A stretch of 48,287 bases of DNA from Klebsiella phage HZJ32: sequence record PQ821643.1. The stretch is one strand, 5' to 3'. The notes beneath the pieces are model-generated. The model made no database searches. It was not told where the DNA came from and saw only the letters and a list, made by a program, of their open reading frames with translations. Shown here piece after piece: positions 8,861 to 17,657 of the stretch. A program made the position numbers and the translations under genes. The stretch's first letter is position 1. Each line of letters starts with the position of its first letter.

Positions 8861-9991
8861 ATGCAACCTAAAATCACAGACGAAGAATTTTTAGCCGCCC
8901 GCGAGGAAGGCAAGACCTACCGCGAGATCGCCGAAGAGTTCGGCATGAACGTTCGCAGTGTGGAACGTCGCGGCGTTCGACTTGCCCGCCAGGGGCATTT
9001 GCACGGTAACAACCACGTAGCGAAGCACATCCCGGACGGGTTCGGGGTCAAAGGCACATCGACCATGATTCGCGCGAACGGTGACGAAGTTGTGCGCTGG
9101 GTCAAGTCAGAAGTAGACCGCGACCGCATGATCGCTTTGATGGAGGCGGCGCAAGCATCATTCTGCGAAGACCTACCGCGCGCCGAACCGCAGCCGAAGG
9201 ATGAATCGAAGTTTTTCATTGAGGATCAGCTTGCCCTGTATCCGATCTTCGACTTGCACATCGGTGCGATGGCCCACAAGCACGAATGCGGAGAGAACTA
9301 CGACACCAGCACAGCCGAAAGGGTTCTTAACCGCTTCTTTGACTATTCCGTTTCGGTTGCCCCGCAGTCGAAAAAGGCGGTCTTGCTGGTCGGCGGTGAC
9401 TTCCTTCACAGTGACGGCCTGGACGCAGTAACCCCGGCAAGTGGTCACGTTCTCGATCAGGATAGCCGTTACGCGAAACTTGTCTATGTGGCTATTCGCT
9501 CATTGCGCCGCGCCGTGTCGCTACTGCTGAGTAATCACGCGGAAGTAGAGGTGCAGGTGATCGAGGGGAACCACGATCAGGCTGGTATGATCTGGTTGCG
9601 TGCAGCGCTCGCAGCGTTCTATGAAAATGAGCCGCGCGTATTCGTTGACGTCAGCCCTGCCATTCTGCATCGTACCGTGTGGGGCAAAACGATGCTGGGC
9701 TACACTCACGGCCACACTATGAAGAAGGCAGAAACGCGCCTTGCCGCAATGGCTACTGACTTCCGCAAGGAGTTCGGGCAATGCGAATACATCTACACGC
9801 ATTCGGGCCATTGGCATCACCAGACCGTCACGGAGCACTCGTTAGGGATTGACGAAGTACACGGCCAGTTAGGGGCCAAAGACGCTTACGCCGCTCGCGG
9901 TGGTTGGCGCTCCTATCGCCAGGCGGCGGTTATTCTGTACAGCAAAGAATATGGCGAAGTAGGCCGCTTTATCTACCGCCCTAACATGTAA
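8861..9991 (+). CDS. HTH domain plus calcineurin-like metallophosphoesterase
   Basis: N-terminal TYREIAEEFGMNVRSVERRGVRLARQG (HTH); then DLHIGA, GGDFLHSDGLD, EGNHDQ and YTHGH/YTHSGHWHH metallophosphoesterase motifs. Confidence 0.8.
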   Translation: MQPKITDEEFLAAREEGKTYREIAEEFGMNVRSVERRGVRLARQGHLHGNNHVAKHIPDGFGVKGTSTMIRANGDEVVRWVKSEVDRDRMIALMEAAQASFCEDLPRAEPQPKDESKFFIEDQLALYPIFDLHIGAMAHKHECGENYDTSTAERVLNRFFDYSVSVAPQSKKAVLLVGGDFLHSDGLDAVTPASGHVLDQDSRYAKLVYVAIRSLRRAVSLLLSNHAEVEVQVIEGNHDQAGMIWLRAALAAFYENEPRVFVDVSPAILHRTVWGKTMLGYTHGHTMKKAETRLAAMATDFRKEFGQCEYIYTHSGHWHHQTVTEHSLGIDEVHGQLGAKDAYAARGGWRSYRQAAVILYSKEYGEVGRFIYRPNM

Positions 9992-10029
9992 CCACAACGG
10001 CCCCGCGATGGGCCAATGAGGATAAACCA

Positions 10030-10521
10030 ATGAATAAAAAGTGTATCTGTATTTTCGATCTCGATGGCACGCTTTCCGACGGAACCCACCGCTTGCACCT
10101 GCTGCCGAAAAAGGATCTCCATCTTACAGAAAGCTGGAGCGAATTTAATGGCGCGTCAATTGGAGACAGCCCAATCCAAAGCACCATTGATGTAGCGAAT
10201 GCGCTTCATCGCTCCGGAATTACCGTTATCATCCTGACTGGTCGATCCGATGAGGTGAAGACCGAAACAATGATTTGGCTTGACCGCTACGGGGTGAAAT
10301 ATGACCGTCTAATCATGCGCCGCGCCAGCGATAACCGTAAAGACACGGTAATCAAGGAGGAGGAGTTACGCAAAATCGGACTTGATCGCATTGTTGCGGC
10401 GTGGGATGATTCCCCCAATGTTATTGCGCACTTCCGTAGCCTGGGTATCACAACTTACCAGGTCTGCGACTACGGCGAAAACCTTCACGACCATCTGAAA
10501 TCTCATGGAGTAGACAAATGA
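10030..10521 (+). CDS. HAD-superfamily phosphatase (polynucleotide kinase 3'-phosphatase-like)
   Basis: IFDLDGTLSDGTHR, ILTGRSD and AAWDDSPN motifs. Confidence 0.8.
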   Translation: MNKKCICIFDLDGTLSDGTHRLHLLPKKDLHLTESWSEFNGASIGDSPIQSTIDVANALHRSGITVIILTGRSDEVKTETMIWLDRYGVKYDRLIMRRASDNRKDTVIKEEELRKIGLDRIVAAWDDSPNVIAHFRSLGITTYQVCDYGENLHDHLKSHGVDK

Positions 10522-11090
10522 AAAATGTAATCATCCTCAACGGCGCGCCTGGCATCGGAAAAGACACCATCGCGGAAATCATCGCCCGCAAATGGGAGTA
10601 TCGGATCCTGAGTTTCAAATCACCGATGTTTGACATTGCGCGCGCCATCCTGGGTGCAACCGACTTTTCCCGCTTCGCCGTCCGTTACCACGACCGCAGC
10701 CGGAAAGAAGTCAAGTGCGACTTTTTAGGCGACCGCTCGCCGCGTGAATTCCTGATTCACATTAGCGAAAATTTCGTAAAGCCGACGTTAGGCAAAAAGC
10801 AGTTCGGCAAGTTGCTTTGCGATTCCGTCGTGAATTCGCCTGTTAGTTGCGTCGTCAGCGACGGCGGATTTGACGAAGAAGTAGAGCACATCGCGGCGCA
10901 TGATAGCGTAAACGTCTTTGTCGTTCGCCTGCATCGTGACGGCATGACTTTCGAGGGTGACAGCCGCAAGCATATTAGCCGCCCGGATCTGATTTGCAAA
11001 ACTTATCACGAATTCGATTTTTATATGACTACTGGCGAGCCGGAAGACGACGCGCAAAAAATCCTTGATATGGTTTTTGAAGGGTATTAA
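10518..11090 (+). CDS. Deoxynucleoside/nucleoside monophosphate kinase-like protein
   Basis: P-loop GAPGIGKDTIAE; overlaps the HAD gene by 4 nt. Confidence 0.7.
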   Translation: MKNVIILNGAPGIGKDTIAEIIARKWEYRILSFKSPMFDIARAILGATDFSRFAVRYHDRSRKEVKCDFLGDRSPREFLIHISENFVKPTLGKKQFGKLLCDSVVNSPVSCVVSDGGFDEEVEHIAAHDSVNVFVVRLHRDGMTFEGDSRKHISRPDLICKTYHEFDFYMTTGEPEDDAQKILDMVFEGY

Positions 11091-11132
11091 TATTCTCTAC
11101 GTAATGCCTTTATTATCACAGCCTTAAACTTT

Positions 11133-11160
11133 GGGAGCCTTAACAGGTTCCCTTTTTTTT
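11133..11160 (+). terminator. Rho-independent terminator before the lysis cassette
   Basis: gggagcct-taac-aggttccc followed by 8 T. Confidence 0.7.
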
Positions 11161-11224
11161 GTTCTTTATTTGGTCCAACGCATATATCATCGCATTATCA
11201 CTTAACTAACAGAGGTTGCATATC

Positions 11225-11440
11225 ATGCGGGAATTCATCAACGCGGCAACCAATGGTAGCGGCGGTGTTACCCTCGCAGGCTCTGCGACCGGGCAACTTA
11301 TCATTGCAGCCATTGGTTTATTTTTCATGATTCTATTCGGCTCCTTCGGCGCATGGTTGCGCTGGCGAGATTCAAAGGCGCTTCGTGAAGCGCTGGAAGC
11401 CGGGGATGTCAAAACGGCGGTGAAGATCAGGAGTAAATAA
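11225..11440 (+). CDS. Putative holin (single obvious transmembrane segment)
   Basis: ATG at 11225 preceded by agaggt; TGQLIIAAIGLFFMILFGSFGAWLRW then charged C-terminus; adjacent to endolysin. Confidence 0.7.
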   Translation: MREFINAATNGSGGVTLAGSATGQLIIAAIGLFFMILFGSFGAWLRWRDSKALREALEAGDVKTAVKIRSK

Positions 11441-11441
11441 C

Positions 11442-11924
11442 ATGGGGATTAAAACGCGGGTTACATTCGCGGCGGCGATGGCGATCGCTGTCTCCTTCCT
11501 CCCGAAAGTGGAGGACACGAAATACAAAGTTTATACCGATATCGCTGGCGTTTCGACGGTATGCGAAGGCATCACGGGGCCGGACGTAATCAAGGGGAAA
11601 ACCTATACCCGGTCAGAATGCGATGCTCTTTTGGCGAAGCACATCCAGGTCGCAAAGCGTGTAGTTGACAGCAAAATCAAAGTGGCCGTGCCTGACACCT
11701 TCAGGGCGTCGATGTACAGCTTCACTTTCAACGCTGGCGGCGGAGCATACTCCGGCAGCACTATGCTGAAGTTGACGAACCAGGGGCGGCTATATGAGGC
11801 GTGCGAACAGCTTTACCGATGGACGTACTATCGCAACCCGAAAACGGGCAAGATGGAAAAATCGCGCGGCCTGCATAATCGCCGGGATCAGGAATTCAAT
11901 CTGTGCATTAAGGATCTAAAATGA
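11442..11924 (+). CDS. Endolysin, GH24 lysozyme resembling P21 R; possible SAR N-terminus
   Basis: VEDTKYKVYTDIAGVSTVCEGITGPDVIKGKTYTRSEC aligns with the P21-type E-8aa-D-5aa-T catalytic region; hydrophobic N-terminus. Confidence 0.85.
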   Translation: MGIKTRVTFAAAMAIAVSFLPKVEDTKYKVYTDIAGVSTVCEGITGPDVIKGKTYTRSECDALLAKHIQVAKRVVDSKIKVAVPDTFRASMYSFTFNAGGGAYSGSTMLKLTNQGRLYEACEQLYRWTYYRNPKTGKMEKSRGLHNRRDQEFNLCIKDLK

Positions 11925-12346
11925 GTAGCTTAAATTTTCAGCGAGCATTGGCAATCGGCTTCATCGTGTGGGCGGTTGCACTGGTTTCCGGTTGCGCTTC
12001 AAGCGTCCCGATCCTTTCCGATCTGGTGGGCAGCAAGCCGGATATGACGGCGCAAGTCGGTGCGGAGAACGTGAAACAGGCGGTTGGCGTGACGAACAAA
12101 ACAGACACGTCCAGCAAGCAGGAAACGACCTTCAAAGAATCGGCAGTTGGCAAGGTTGACACTTCCAACAAAAAGGCGGTGACGACCTCCAGCATTCACG
12201 CGAACCAGATTACGGCGGAGAAGATCGAGATCCGAAACGACGATAGCGGAAGCATGATTCCGTGGCTGATTGGTGCCGTTGGAGCCATCATGTTCGCTGT
12301 CGGTGTTTTCGGTATGTGGCGAGAGCGAAAAAATAAAGGGGCGTAA
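11921..12346 (+). CDS. Probable unimolecular spanin (u-spanin, T1 gp11 type)
   Basis: N-terminal lipobox ALVSGCASS and a C-terminal transmembrane segment WLIGAVGAIMFAVGVFGMW in one polypeptide, last gene of the lysis cassette. Confidence 0.7.
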   Translation: MSSLNFQRALAIGFIVWAVALVSGCASSVPILSDLVGSKPDMTAQVGAENVKQAVGVTNKTDTSSKQETTFKESAVGKVDTSNKKAVTTSSIHANQITAEKIEIRNDDSGSMIPWLIGAVGAIMFAVGVFGMWRERKNKGA

Positions 12347-12357
12347 GCCCCTTTTTT
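12338..12357. terminator. Bidirectional terminator between convergent transcription units
   Basis: ggggc-gtaa-gcccc flanked by A-rich sequence and a T run. Confidence 0.75.
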
Positions 12358-12575
12358 CATATGTACCGTTTGACGTGCAGCAGCGCCACGCCATCTTCAT
12401 CATTCAACCCATGTTCAACCGTGTTTGTCGCGGCCATGCCTTGATATAGCAAGGTGAGCGCGGCACGCAAGTAATTTTCTGGTGTGATCTGATTCACGCA
12501 AACAAGCCTGTGAACCTCCGTTATCAGATCTTCCACCTGCTTTCCCGAATAGGGCTTCATCGTCGAGTTGCTCAA
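12357..12575 (-). CDS. Hypothetical protein; overlaps 12415-12876 in another frame
   Basis: ...MKPYSGKQVEDLITEVHRLVCVNQITPENYLRAALTLLYQGMAATNT... is protein-like. Internal ATG at 12560 is an alternative start. Confidence 0.45.
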   Translation of the reverse strand: MSNSTMKPYSGKQVEDLITEVHRLVCVNQITPENYLRAALTLLYQGMAATNTVEHGLNDEDGVALLHVKRYI

Positions 12576-12876
12576 TGTGCATCATCTCCCACATGTATTT
12601 GTTGTCCATCCCTTCAAACGACCGGAAGTTAAATCCAATCTCCCTGTTATCAGGGCCAGTACACCACACCACGCCGTTTTTTCCGTCCAGGTATCCATTC
12701 GTATAGCTTCGCGCTAAAAACTCCTTAGAAACCATTGAGGCGAACATACGGTGTGACACGTTGCCGGCTTTTGCCATGCGTGGCGATTCGCGGTGCATGT
12801 AAACGAACTTCGCAAAATCTTGCCGGGTGAATTCCCGGCGAGACTCGCAGAATCGGTAAATGTCAAGGATAAACAT
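12415..12876 (-). CDS. Hypothetical protein; C-terminal third may be out of frame
   Basis: Directly downstream of the DUF3987-like gene. The segment after about 12575 has low-complexity, antisense-like composition. Confidence 0.5.
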   Translation of the reverse strand: MFILDIYRFCESRREFTRQDFAKFVYMHRESPRMAKAGNVSHRMFASMVSKEFLARSYTNGYLDGKNGVVWCTGPDNREIGFNFRSFEGMDNKYMWEMMHIEQLDDEALFGKAGGRSDNGGSQACLRESDHTRKLLACRAHLAISRHGRDKHG

Positions 12877-12879
12877 TCA

Positions 12880-14448
12880 TTACCTCATGAAAGAAGGGTT
12901 AATAAAGACCTCTGAATCAATCACGCAGATGAACCCTAATTCCTCCATCTTCGGCAGCAATTTTTCCTTAATCCTTTTGCTTACCCCGGACTGACCTTTG
13001 AAGATCTTCAGATTGCGGCACGCGTTATAGATGCTCTGAACCGTCATCACGCCTTTAGCCTGCTTGCCACGGCTTGCGATAACATCGTACACCGCCTTAA
13101 TCTCCGCTCCCTCACCAGCGAAGCCGGACGAATCAGCCGACGACAAATACGTTTTGCTCAACTCATGAAACATGATGATGGCTTCGTCGATCGTTTCGGT
13201 TCCGATCTTCTTCGAGCGTTTGCCGCCAGGTTGCCAGTTGCGGATCGTGTGGATTACCGAAGCCAGGCGCATCACCTGCTTATCGAATTTCCCCATCGCA
13301 CCGCGCAGCATCGTATGCGAATACTTCCCGCCGTCGCCTAATTCCGGCTCTAACTCCTGGCGGGCCTTGTTCAGCCGACGCATGCCTGCTTCAGTCACTT
13401 CCAGCTTGATATAAGATTCCGTCATAATGTCATGAATGAGGCGGAAGTAATCAGCGCGTAAAGACTTGTCGATCGGCTCATAGGACGAATTCCCGTTTTC
13501 GTCAATGAACACACGCTCACCTAACCGCGTTTGCTCGCGAACCAAAAGGAAACGCTCTGATACACCGATACCGCGAGAACCAGCTTGCATGATGGCGTCG
13601 ATGGTTTCATCCTGGGCGATTACGCAAATACAGCCCAGCGCGACGAATGACATATTGTTACTGACGTCGGAACGTGCGATCGATACGTGGCCCTTATCCC
13701 ACGCTTTCAACACCAGTTCGCTGTTCGTCTTCTTGCCGCCGTCGTTGCCATACGTGATCCCTAACAGGCTGTTAACCGCCGTCGCTTCGTCCGAGATAAC
13801 CGCAAAGTTGCCTTGCCGATTGTTGATTTTCGCCAGGCCTTCCGGCGTGGTATCGGAAACTGGGAAGGTCAGATCGCACATGCTTTCTAACTTCTCCTCA
13901 AGTTCGTCTTTATCTTCGAACAGTTTCGCCATATCAGACTGCGATAACTCGCCTTTCATGGCCTGCTTGTTGGCGGATAACTTCGCCATGATTTTCTTGC
14001 GCTCTTTCTTGCGTGCCTCGTTGATTCGCTCAACCTCTGCGACGATCGGATCGATGGCCAGCGAGTTAATCGCAGACTTACCAGCGGAAGGAGGCTGCGA
14101 CGTAATGACGTAAAGCGTCGTTGGTTGCTCGCTGCCGTGGTACTCCACCCAAAAGCGACCCATCATCGCGGCGGACACGGTTCCGAGGAAATGCATATAA
14201 GCCGATGATTCCGGGAATTGAACGGAGCGAGCAGCGTTGAGCGCCAGCTTTCCGACGATATCGTAATCATTCGCGATCGAGATCGTGGGATACTTGTCCG
14301 CGTTTACGTCGATATCTTTCGGCTTGGGCCAGAAAGAAACGGAGTCGCGATACCCGTTCGCACGGATGGCGACGCGCAAGGGGCTGATGCCTTCCTTCTC
14401 TGCGATGGCAATAATATCTTGTGGGGACACGCGGTCATTTAAAAACAT
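12880..14448 (-). CDS. DUF3987-type putative helicase/primase-like protein
   Basis: 522 aa; YVITSQPPSAGKSA (P-loop-like), FAVISDEA, RGIGVSERFLLVREQ resemble phage DUF3987 proteins. Confidence 0.65.
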   Translation of the reverse strand: MFLNDRVSPQDIIAIAEKEGISPLRVAIRANGYRDSVSFWPKPKDIDVNADKYPTISIANDYDIVGKLALNAARSVQFPESSAYMHFLGTVSAAMMGRFWVEYHGSEQPTTLYVITSQPPSAGKSAINSLAIDPIVAEVERINEARKKERKKIMAKLSANKQAMKGELSQSDMAKLFEDKDELEEKLESMCDLTFPVSDTTPEGLAKINNRQGNFAVISDEATAVNSLLGITYGNDGGKKTNSELVLKAWDKGHVSIARSDVSNNMSFVALGCICVIAQDETIDAIMQAGSRGIGVSERFLLVREQTRLGERVFIDENGNSSYEPIDKSLRADYFRLIHDIMTESYIKLEVTEAGMRRLNKARQELEPELGDGGKYSHTMLRGAMGKFDKQVMRLASVIHTIRNWQPGGKRSKKIGTETIDEAIIMFHELSKTYLSSADSSGFAGEGAEIKAVYDVIASRGKQAKGVMTVQSIYNACRNLKIFKGQSGVSKRIKEKLLPKMEELGFICVIDSEVFINPSFMR

Positions 14449-14572
14449 GCCTTGCTCCTTATTGGTTAATCGTGCGGCTAATGATAAGCCGTCTTAAATC
14501 CGAGATCCAGTGATAATCTAAACGCACTTGCAAAATGTGCTTAGGTTATCGGGGCGCATGGCCCCGAATCCG

Positions 14573-15010
14573 TTACAGGTATTTCGCCTCAAACGTGGTG
14601 CCGTCCGACACGCTGAAACCGACTTCCTCACGGTAGAGCGTCCAGCGGCAACCGTCACGGTCGAAGATGTACCCGGCGACGCCGCCCAGCGCGCGACCAC
14701 TTTCTACCTGGTAGCGCTTGCCGACGCTGAAGGATTTTTTCATCGGGTTGCTATGGTCAAGGCCGACGCATTTTAGCGTTTTTGTTTTGAGTTCGATGAA
14801 CGTCGCAACCACCGCGCCACCAGCGCCAGAAATAAATAACTCGCCGCTAATGCCGACCGATAAAATAACGCGCTTCTTCTTCAGTTCGGCGCTGTTATAT
14901 ACCATCATCGACACGTTGCCTTCATCGTCGATGCGAGCGGAATAAAGGTTGTTTTCGCTGATATTAACAGCGCGGCTTGACGTGCATTTAATTTTGATTG
15001 ACTTCGCCAT
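14573..15010 (-). CDS. Hypothetical protein (145 aa)
   Basis: Well-formed ORF in a minus-strand array. Confidence 0.6.
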   Translation of the reverse strand: MAKSIKIKCTSSRAVNISENNLYSARIDDEGNVSMMVYNSAELKKKRVILSVGISGELFISGAGGAVVATFIELKTKTLKCVGLDHSNPMKKSFSVGKRYQVESGRALGGVAGYIFDRDGCRWTLYREEVGFSVSDGTTFEAKYL

Positions 15011-15011
15011 T

Positions 15012-15194
15012 TTAATCTATGCCTCCCATATTGATATACAAGTTTACTAAGTTAAGAAAGTCATCTTTGTTTCTGCAACCCAATTTAAAACCAACGTGCG
15101 ATTCAATTTTATTTTGCATCGCGGTTAAGGTTGCGCCGCCGTTATTCATCCTGAGAACTTCGCGGCATACTTCAGCGAGCTTTTTCGATATCAT
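15012..15194 (-). CDS. Hypothetical protein (60 aa)
   Basis: MISKKLAEVCREVLRMNNGG...; RBS aaggtggtg upstream of the internal ATG. Confidence 0.55.
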   Translation of the reverse strand: MISKKLAEVCREVLRMNNGGATLTAMQNKIESHVGFKLGCRNKDDFLNLVNLYINMGGID

Positions 15195-15394
15195 TTTTTC
15201 ACCACCTTTATTTCCATCCCTTCGCAAGCGCCTTCGATATCGCTAATTAGGCGATTCACTCTGATATTAATCATCGTTTTGTGGTGCATGACGTCAACAA
15301 TGCCGACAACCGTTAACACCATGATTGAAAAGATAAGAGCACCAGTCCCATGCATAGAAAATAGTGCGGTCATTACTGCGATCGTGAATTTCAT
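15191..15394 (-). CDS. Small putative membrane protein (67 aa)
   Basis: MKFTIAVMTALFSMHGTGALIFSIMVLTVVGIVD...; downstream of a cassette promoter. Confidence 0.6.
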   Translation of the reverse strand: MKFTIAVMTALFSMHGTGALIFSIMVLTVVGIVDVMHHKTMINIRVNRLISDIEGACEGMEIKVVKK

Positions 15395-15426
15395 TCTGGT
15401 TTTCTCCGTTGCGTTTCGATGGAATA

Positions 15427-15469
15427 ACTATACCCGCAATTAAGCGGGTACGTTTAGCAATTCGTGCTA
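15427..15469 (-). promoter_or_regulatory. Cassette promoter g
   Basis: TAGCACGAATTGCTAAA ... TATAGT; 75 nt to ATG (15394). Confidence 0.7.
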
Positions 15470-16159
15470 TTCATTAAAATTCGCCTGGAACACGGCGCGA
15501 GCGAATCCGCGCGGAGTGATAGAGCGAAGCATCTTTGTTCTTTCAGACTTGCCGCCAAGGAATTTCCACGCCCAAAAGAAATCGACGCCTTCCACACCTT
15601 CAGGAGGTAATAAACGTTTCGGCTCCACGAATCCGTTACCGTGCCAGATGCACGTTTTCTTCGTGTAATTGTCGCAGTGCGGCATTTTTGGGTGCCAAAC
15701 TTCCTCATGCGGCGCAACATACCCGCCGAAGTCGCGAGGGTGGAAATAAAAATCCGGCTTGCGCCAAAGCGTCGACAATTTGCCAACCGGGTTTTCTACC
15801 ATCCAGGGGCAATTATATTGGTCGCCCAATTGCTCGATCATCTTCGCATCATCGGCGGCTGATAGAACATCCTGAGTCTGCCGGGCGTGCTTCACCCCGC
15901 TATGCGCTAACAGCGTGCAGGAAGGGAAAGCGAAAATAATGTCAGGATCCGGGATGCCCAGGATCGTGCGCTTCACGTCGAAATCTTTGTCAATCCAGAT
16001 GTTGACATACTGGATTTTTGCATGCTCCATGCGGATTTTGTACTCGCCGTGGTCGCCGGAATCTGCGTTAAAGCAATATACATCGCAACCGCGAATTGCC
16101 CACGGCAGACCCATAATCCCGGAACCGTCAAACATGCACCACACAACGCGCTTTTTCAT
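15467..16159 (-). CDS. C5 cytosine methyltransferase-like protein
   Basis: CMFDGSGIMGLPWA (motif I-like), IIFAFPSCTLLAHSG (variant motif IV), MVENPVGKLSTLWRKPD (ENx). Start ATG at 16159 with RBS ggtgaggtg. Confidence 0.6.
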   Translation of the reverse strand: MKKRVVWCMFDGSGIMGLPWAIRGCDVYCFNADSGDHGEYKIRMEHAKIQYVNIWIDKDFDVKRTILGIPDPDIIFAFPSCTLLAHSGVKHARQTQDVLSAADDAKMIEQLGDQYNCPWMVENPVGKLSTLWRKPDFYFHPRDFGGYVAPHEEVWHPKMPHCDNYTKKTCIWHGNGFVEPKRLLPPEGVEGVDFFWAWKFLGGKSERTKMLRSITPRGFARAVFQANFNE

Positions 16160-16166
16160 TGTCACC

Positions 16167-16406
16167 TCACCAGAAAGGGATACATTCGCGGCAACCTTCT
16201 TCACCAGTGCAGCCGCAACTATTTTCTTCTTGCTCTACCAGATCGTCACGCATCGGCAGACTTTCGGCATCCATATCCATACCTCCCAGGGCATCCGATA
16301 GCGTCATTTCCTGATTGGCTACTTTTATGCAATATTCGCGGTTAAGCCCCGCATCCTGGGCGGTTAAGAAACGGTGCCAGTAGGCATCGTCGTAATTATC
16401 AGCCAT
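16167..16406 (-). CDS. Hypothetical protein (79 aa)
   Basis: MADNYDDAYWHRFL...CGCTGEEGCRECIPFW, Cys-rich C-terminus; RBS ggagg upstream. Confidence 0.55.
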   Translation of the reverse strand: MADNYDDAYWHRFLTAQDAGLNREYCIKVANQEMTLSDALGGMDMDAESLPMRDDLVEQEENSCGCTGEEGCRECIPFW

Positions 16407-16752
16407 TGCTTTTCCTCCGGTTAAATTCTCGCAAACTGGCGGCGCATGACTTCGAACAGGTTTTACCCCAGCCGCGTTTAAGATCCGCCGCCTTGACCTT
16501 ATAGACATCCCAGCATCCTGGAGCCTCGCAGCACTTCATGCTTTCCTTCGCCCCGATGTGATCCGGTCGACCAGTCATGGAGCTATCGCCGGGATTCTTC
16601 GTCGACCAGAAAAGTTGCACTGTCGCGACCTCCTCGCCGAACTCATTAACGAACATGTAAACGCCCTTGCTTTTCAGAAGCACGGTGCAGTGATGCATTT
16701 CGCCGTTGACTTCCAGGTATGCGCGATCGCCCTCTTTCATTAACTTCTCCAC
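16399..16752 (-). CDS. Hypothetical Cys-rich protein (possible zinc binding)
   Basis: KCCEAPGC...GKTCSKSCAASLREFNRRK. Confidence 0.55.
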   Translation of the reverse strand: MEKLMKEGDRAYLEVNGEMHHCTVLLKSKGVYMFVNEFGEEVATVQLFWSTKNPGDSSMTGRPDHIGAKESMKCCEAPGCWDVYKVKAADLKRGWGKTCSKSCAASLREFNRRKSNG

Positions 16753-16967
16753 GACTCAATGAACATGCTGTTCGATTCCAGCGTCAGCGTGACGCCAGCC
16801 AGGGAGGACGGAATCAGGCGAGCGCCAGGAACCGTGCCGACAACATAGCGACCATTCGATTTGGTGATCGTGATCTGAGTAAAGCCGGATTCGCGGTTCA
16901 TGCGGAGAGCAACGCGACCGTGCGCATGCAGGACGGCCAGGATCGAATCAGTCTTTGGATGGTTCAT
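16740..16967 (-). CDS. Hypothetical protein (75 aa)
   Basis: ATG at 16967 after cgaaggag; downstream of a cassette promoter. Confidence 0.55.
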   Translation of the reverse strand: MNHPKTDSILAVLHAHGRVALRMNRESGFTQITITKSNGRYVVGTVPGARLIPSSLAGVTLTLESNSMFIESWRS

Positions 16968-16999
16968 TGTGTAACTCCTTCGTTTGTTGGTGTGGGGAC

Positions 17000-17042
17000 A
17001 GTATGCCACTATCCCCAAATTCTGTTTTAGCAATTCGTGCTA
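17000..17042 (-). promoter_or_regulatory. Cassette promoter h
   Basis: TAGCACGAATTGCTAAA ... CATACT; 75 nt to ATG (16967). Confidence 0.65.
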
Positions 17043-17417
17043 TTCTGGAACGCAGGTCGTGTAATCCTGGCAGATGTAGATTGTGCGCTGAACACGCGGC
17101 GCGGCATCCTCCAGGCTCTGAATCTCGATATCGTTGCTGTCGACCCGGCAGGGTGTTGCACCGAAGATGAAATACCCCGTCTGCTTGTCGTTGATTTGCC
17201 ACGCCTTGCTTTCGTGAACCGTATTGACGACAAACGGCGTGTCGTCGGCTTTGAAGTCTTCAGGGTGACGCCCGTAATAGTGGATGATTGCAGCAGTTGC
17301 CGCCGCCTTAAACTTTTCCGTCACGTCACGGGCGGCGATCTCACGCGAGATCTTGATATCAACATCCTGCGCGCCGACCATGTAGGTAAAGCTGTTCGAA
17401 ATGGTAACTGTTCTCAT
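17040..17417 (-). CDS. Hypothetical protein (125 aa)
   Basis: Well-formed ORF; its TAG stop lies within a cassette element. Confidence 0.6.
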   Translation of the reverse strand: MRTVTISNSFTYMVGAQDVDIKISREIAARDVTEKFKAAATAAIIHYYGRHPEDFKADDTPFVVNTVHESKAWQINDKQTGYFIFGATPCRVDSNDIEIQSLEDAAPRVQRTIYICQDYTTCVPE

Positions 17418-17657
17418 TTAGATTTTAACCTCGTTTCGGTGGATGAAGTCGGCGACATAGTGGCACTCGATCGGGTTTTCGATCCCGGCGAGAACCTCAC
17501 AGCGCCCGTTATTCAGTAGCTGGCAATGCTGGCAATCCACACCGCCAACATTGTCTATCACGATAGCGATCCCGTTGCATGAACCGCCAAACATTCTGTG
17601 CGGGAAGGGGTAAGCCTCGCAGGTGCAAACCACCTCCCCGGCCCTCCGCTTTCTCAT
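17418..17657 (-). CDS. Hypothetical Cys-rich protein
   Basis: MRKRRAGEVVCTCEAYPFPHRMFGGSC...CQHCQLLNNGRC. Confidence 0.5.
   Translation of the reverse strand: MRKRRAGEVVCTCEAYPFPHRMFGGSCNGIAIVIDNVGGVDCQHCQLLNNGRCEVLAGIENPIECHYVADFIHRNEVKI

Noticed and set aside
14478-14543. AAGCACATTTTGCAAG and TATCAT upstream of the DUF3987-like gene as a 15th cassette
   Set aside because: Spacing between element, -10 and start codon does not match the 36-37/71-81 nt pattern; at best a degenerate copy.
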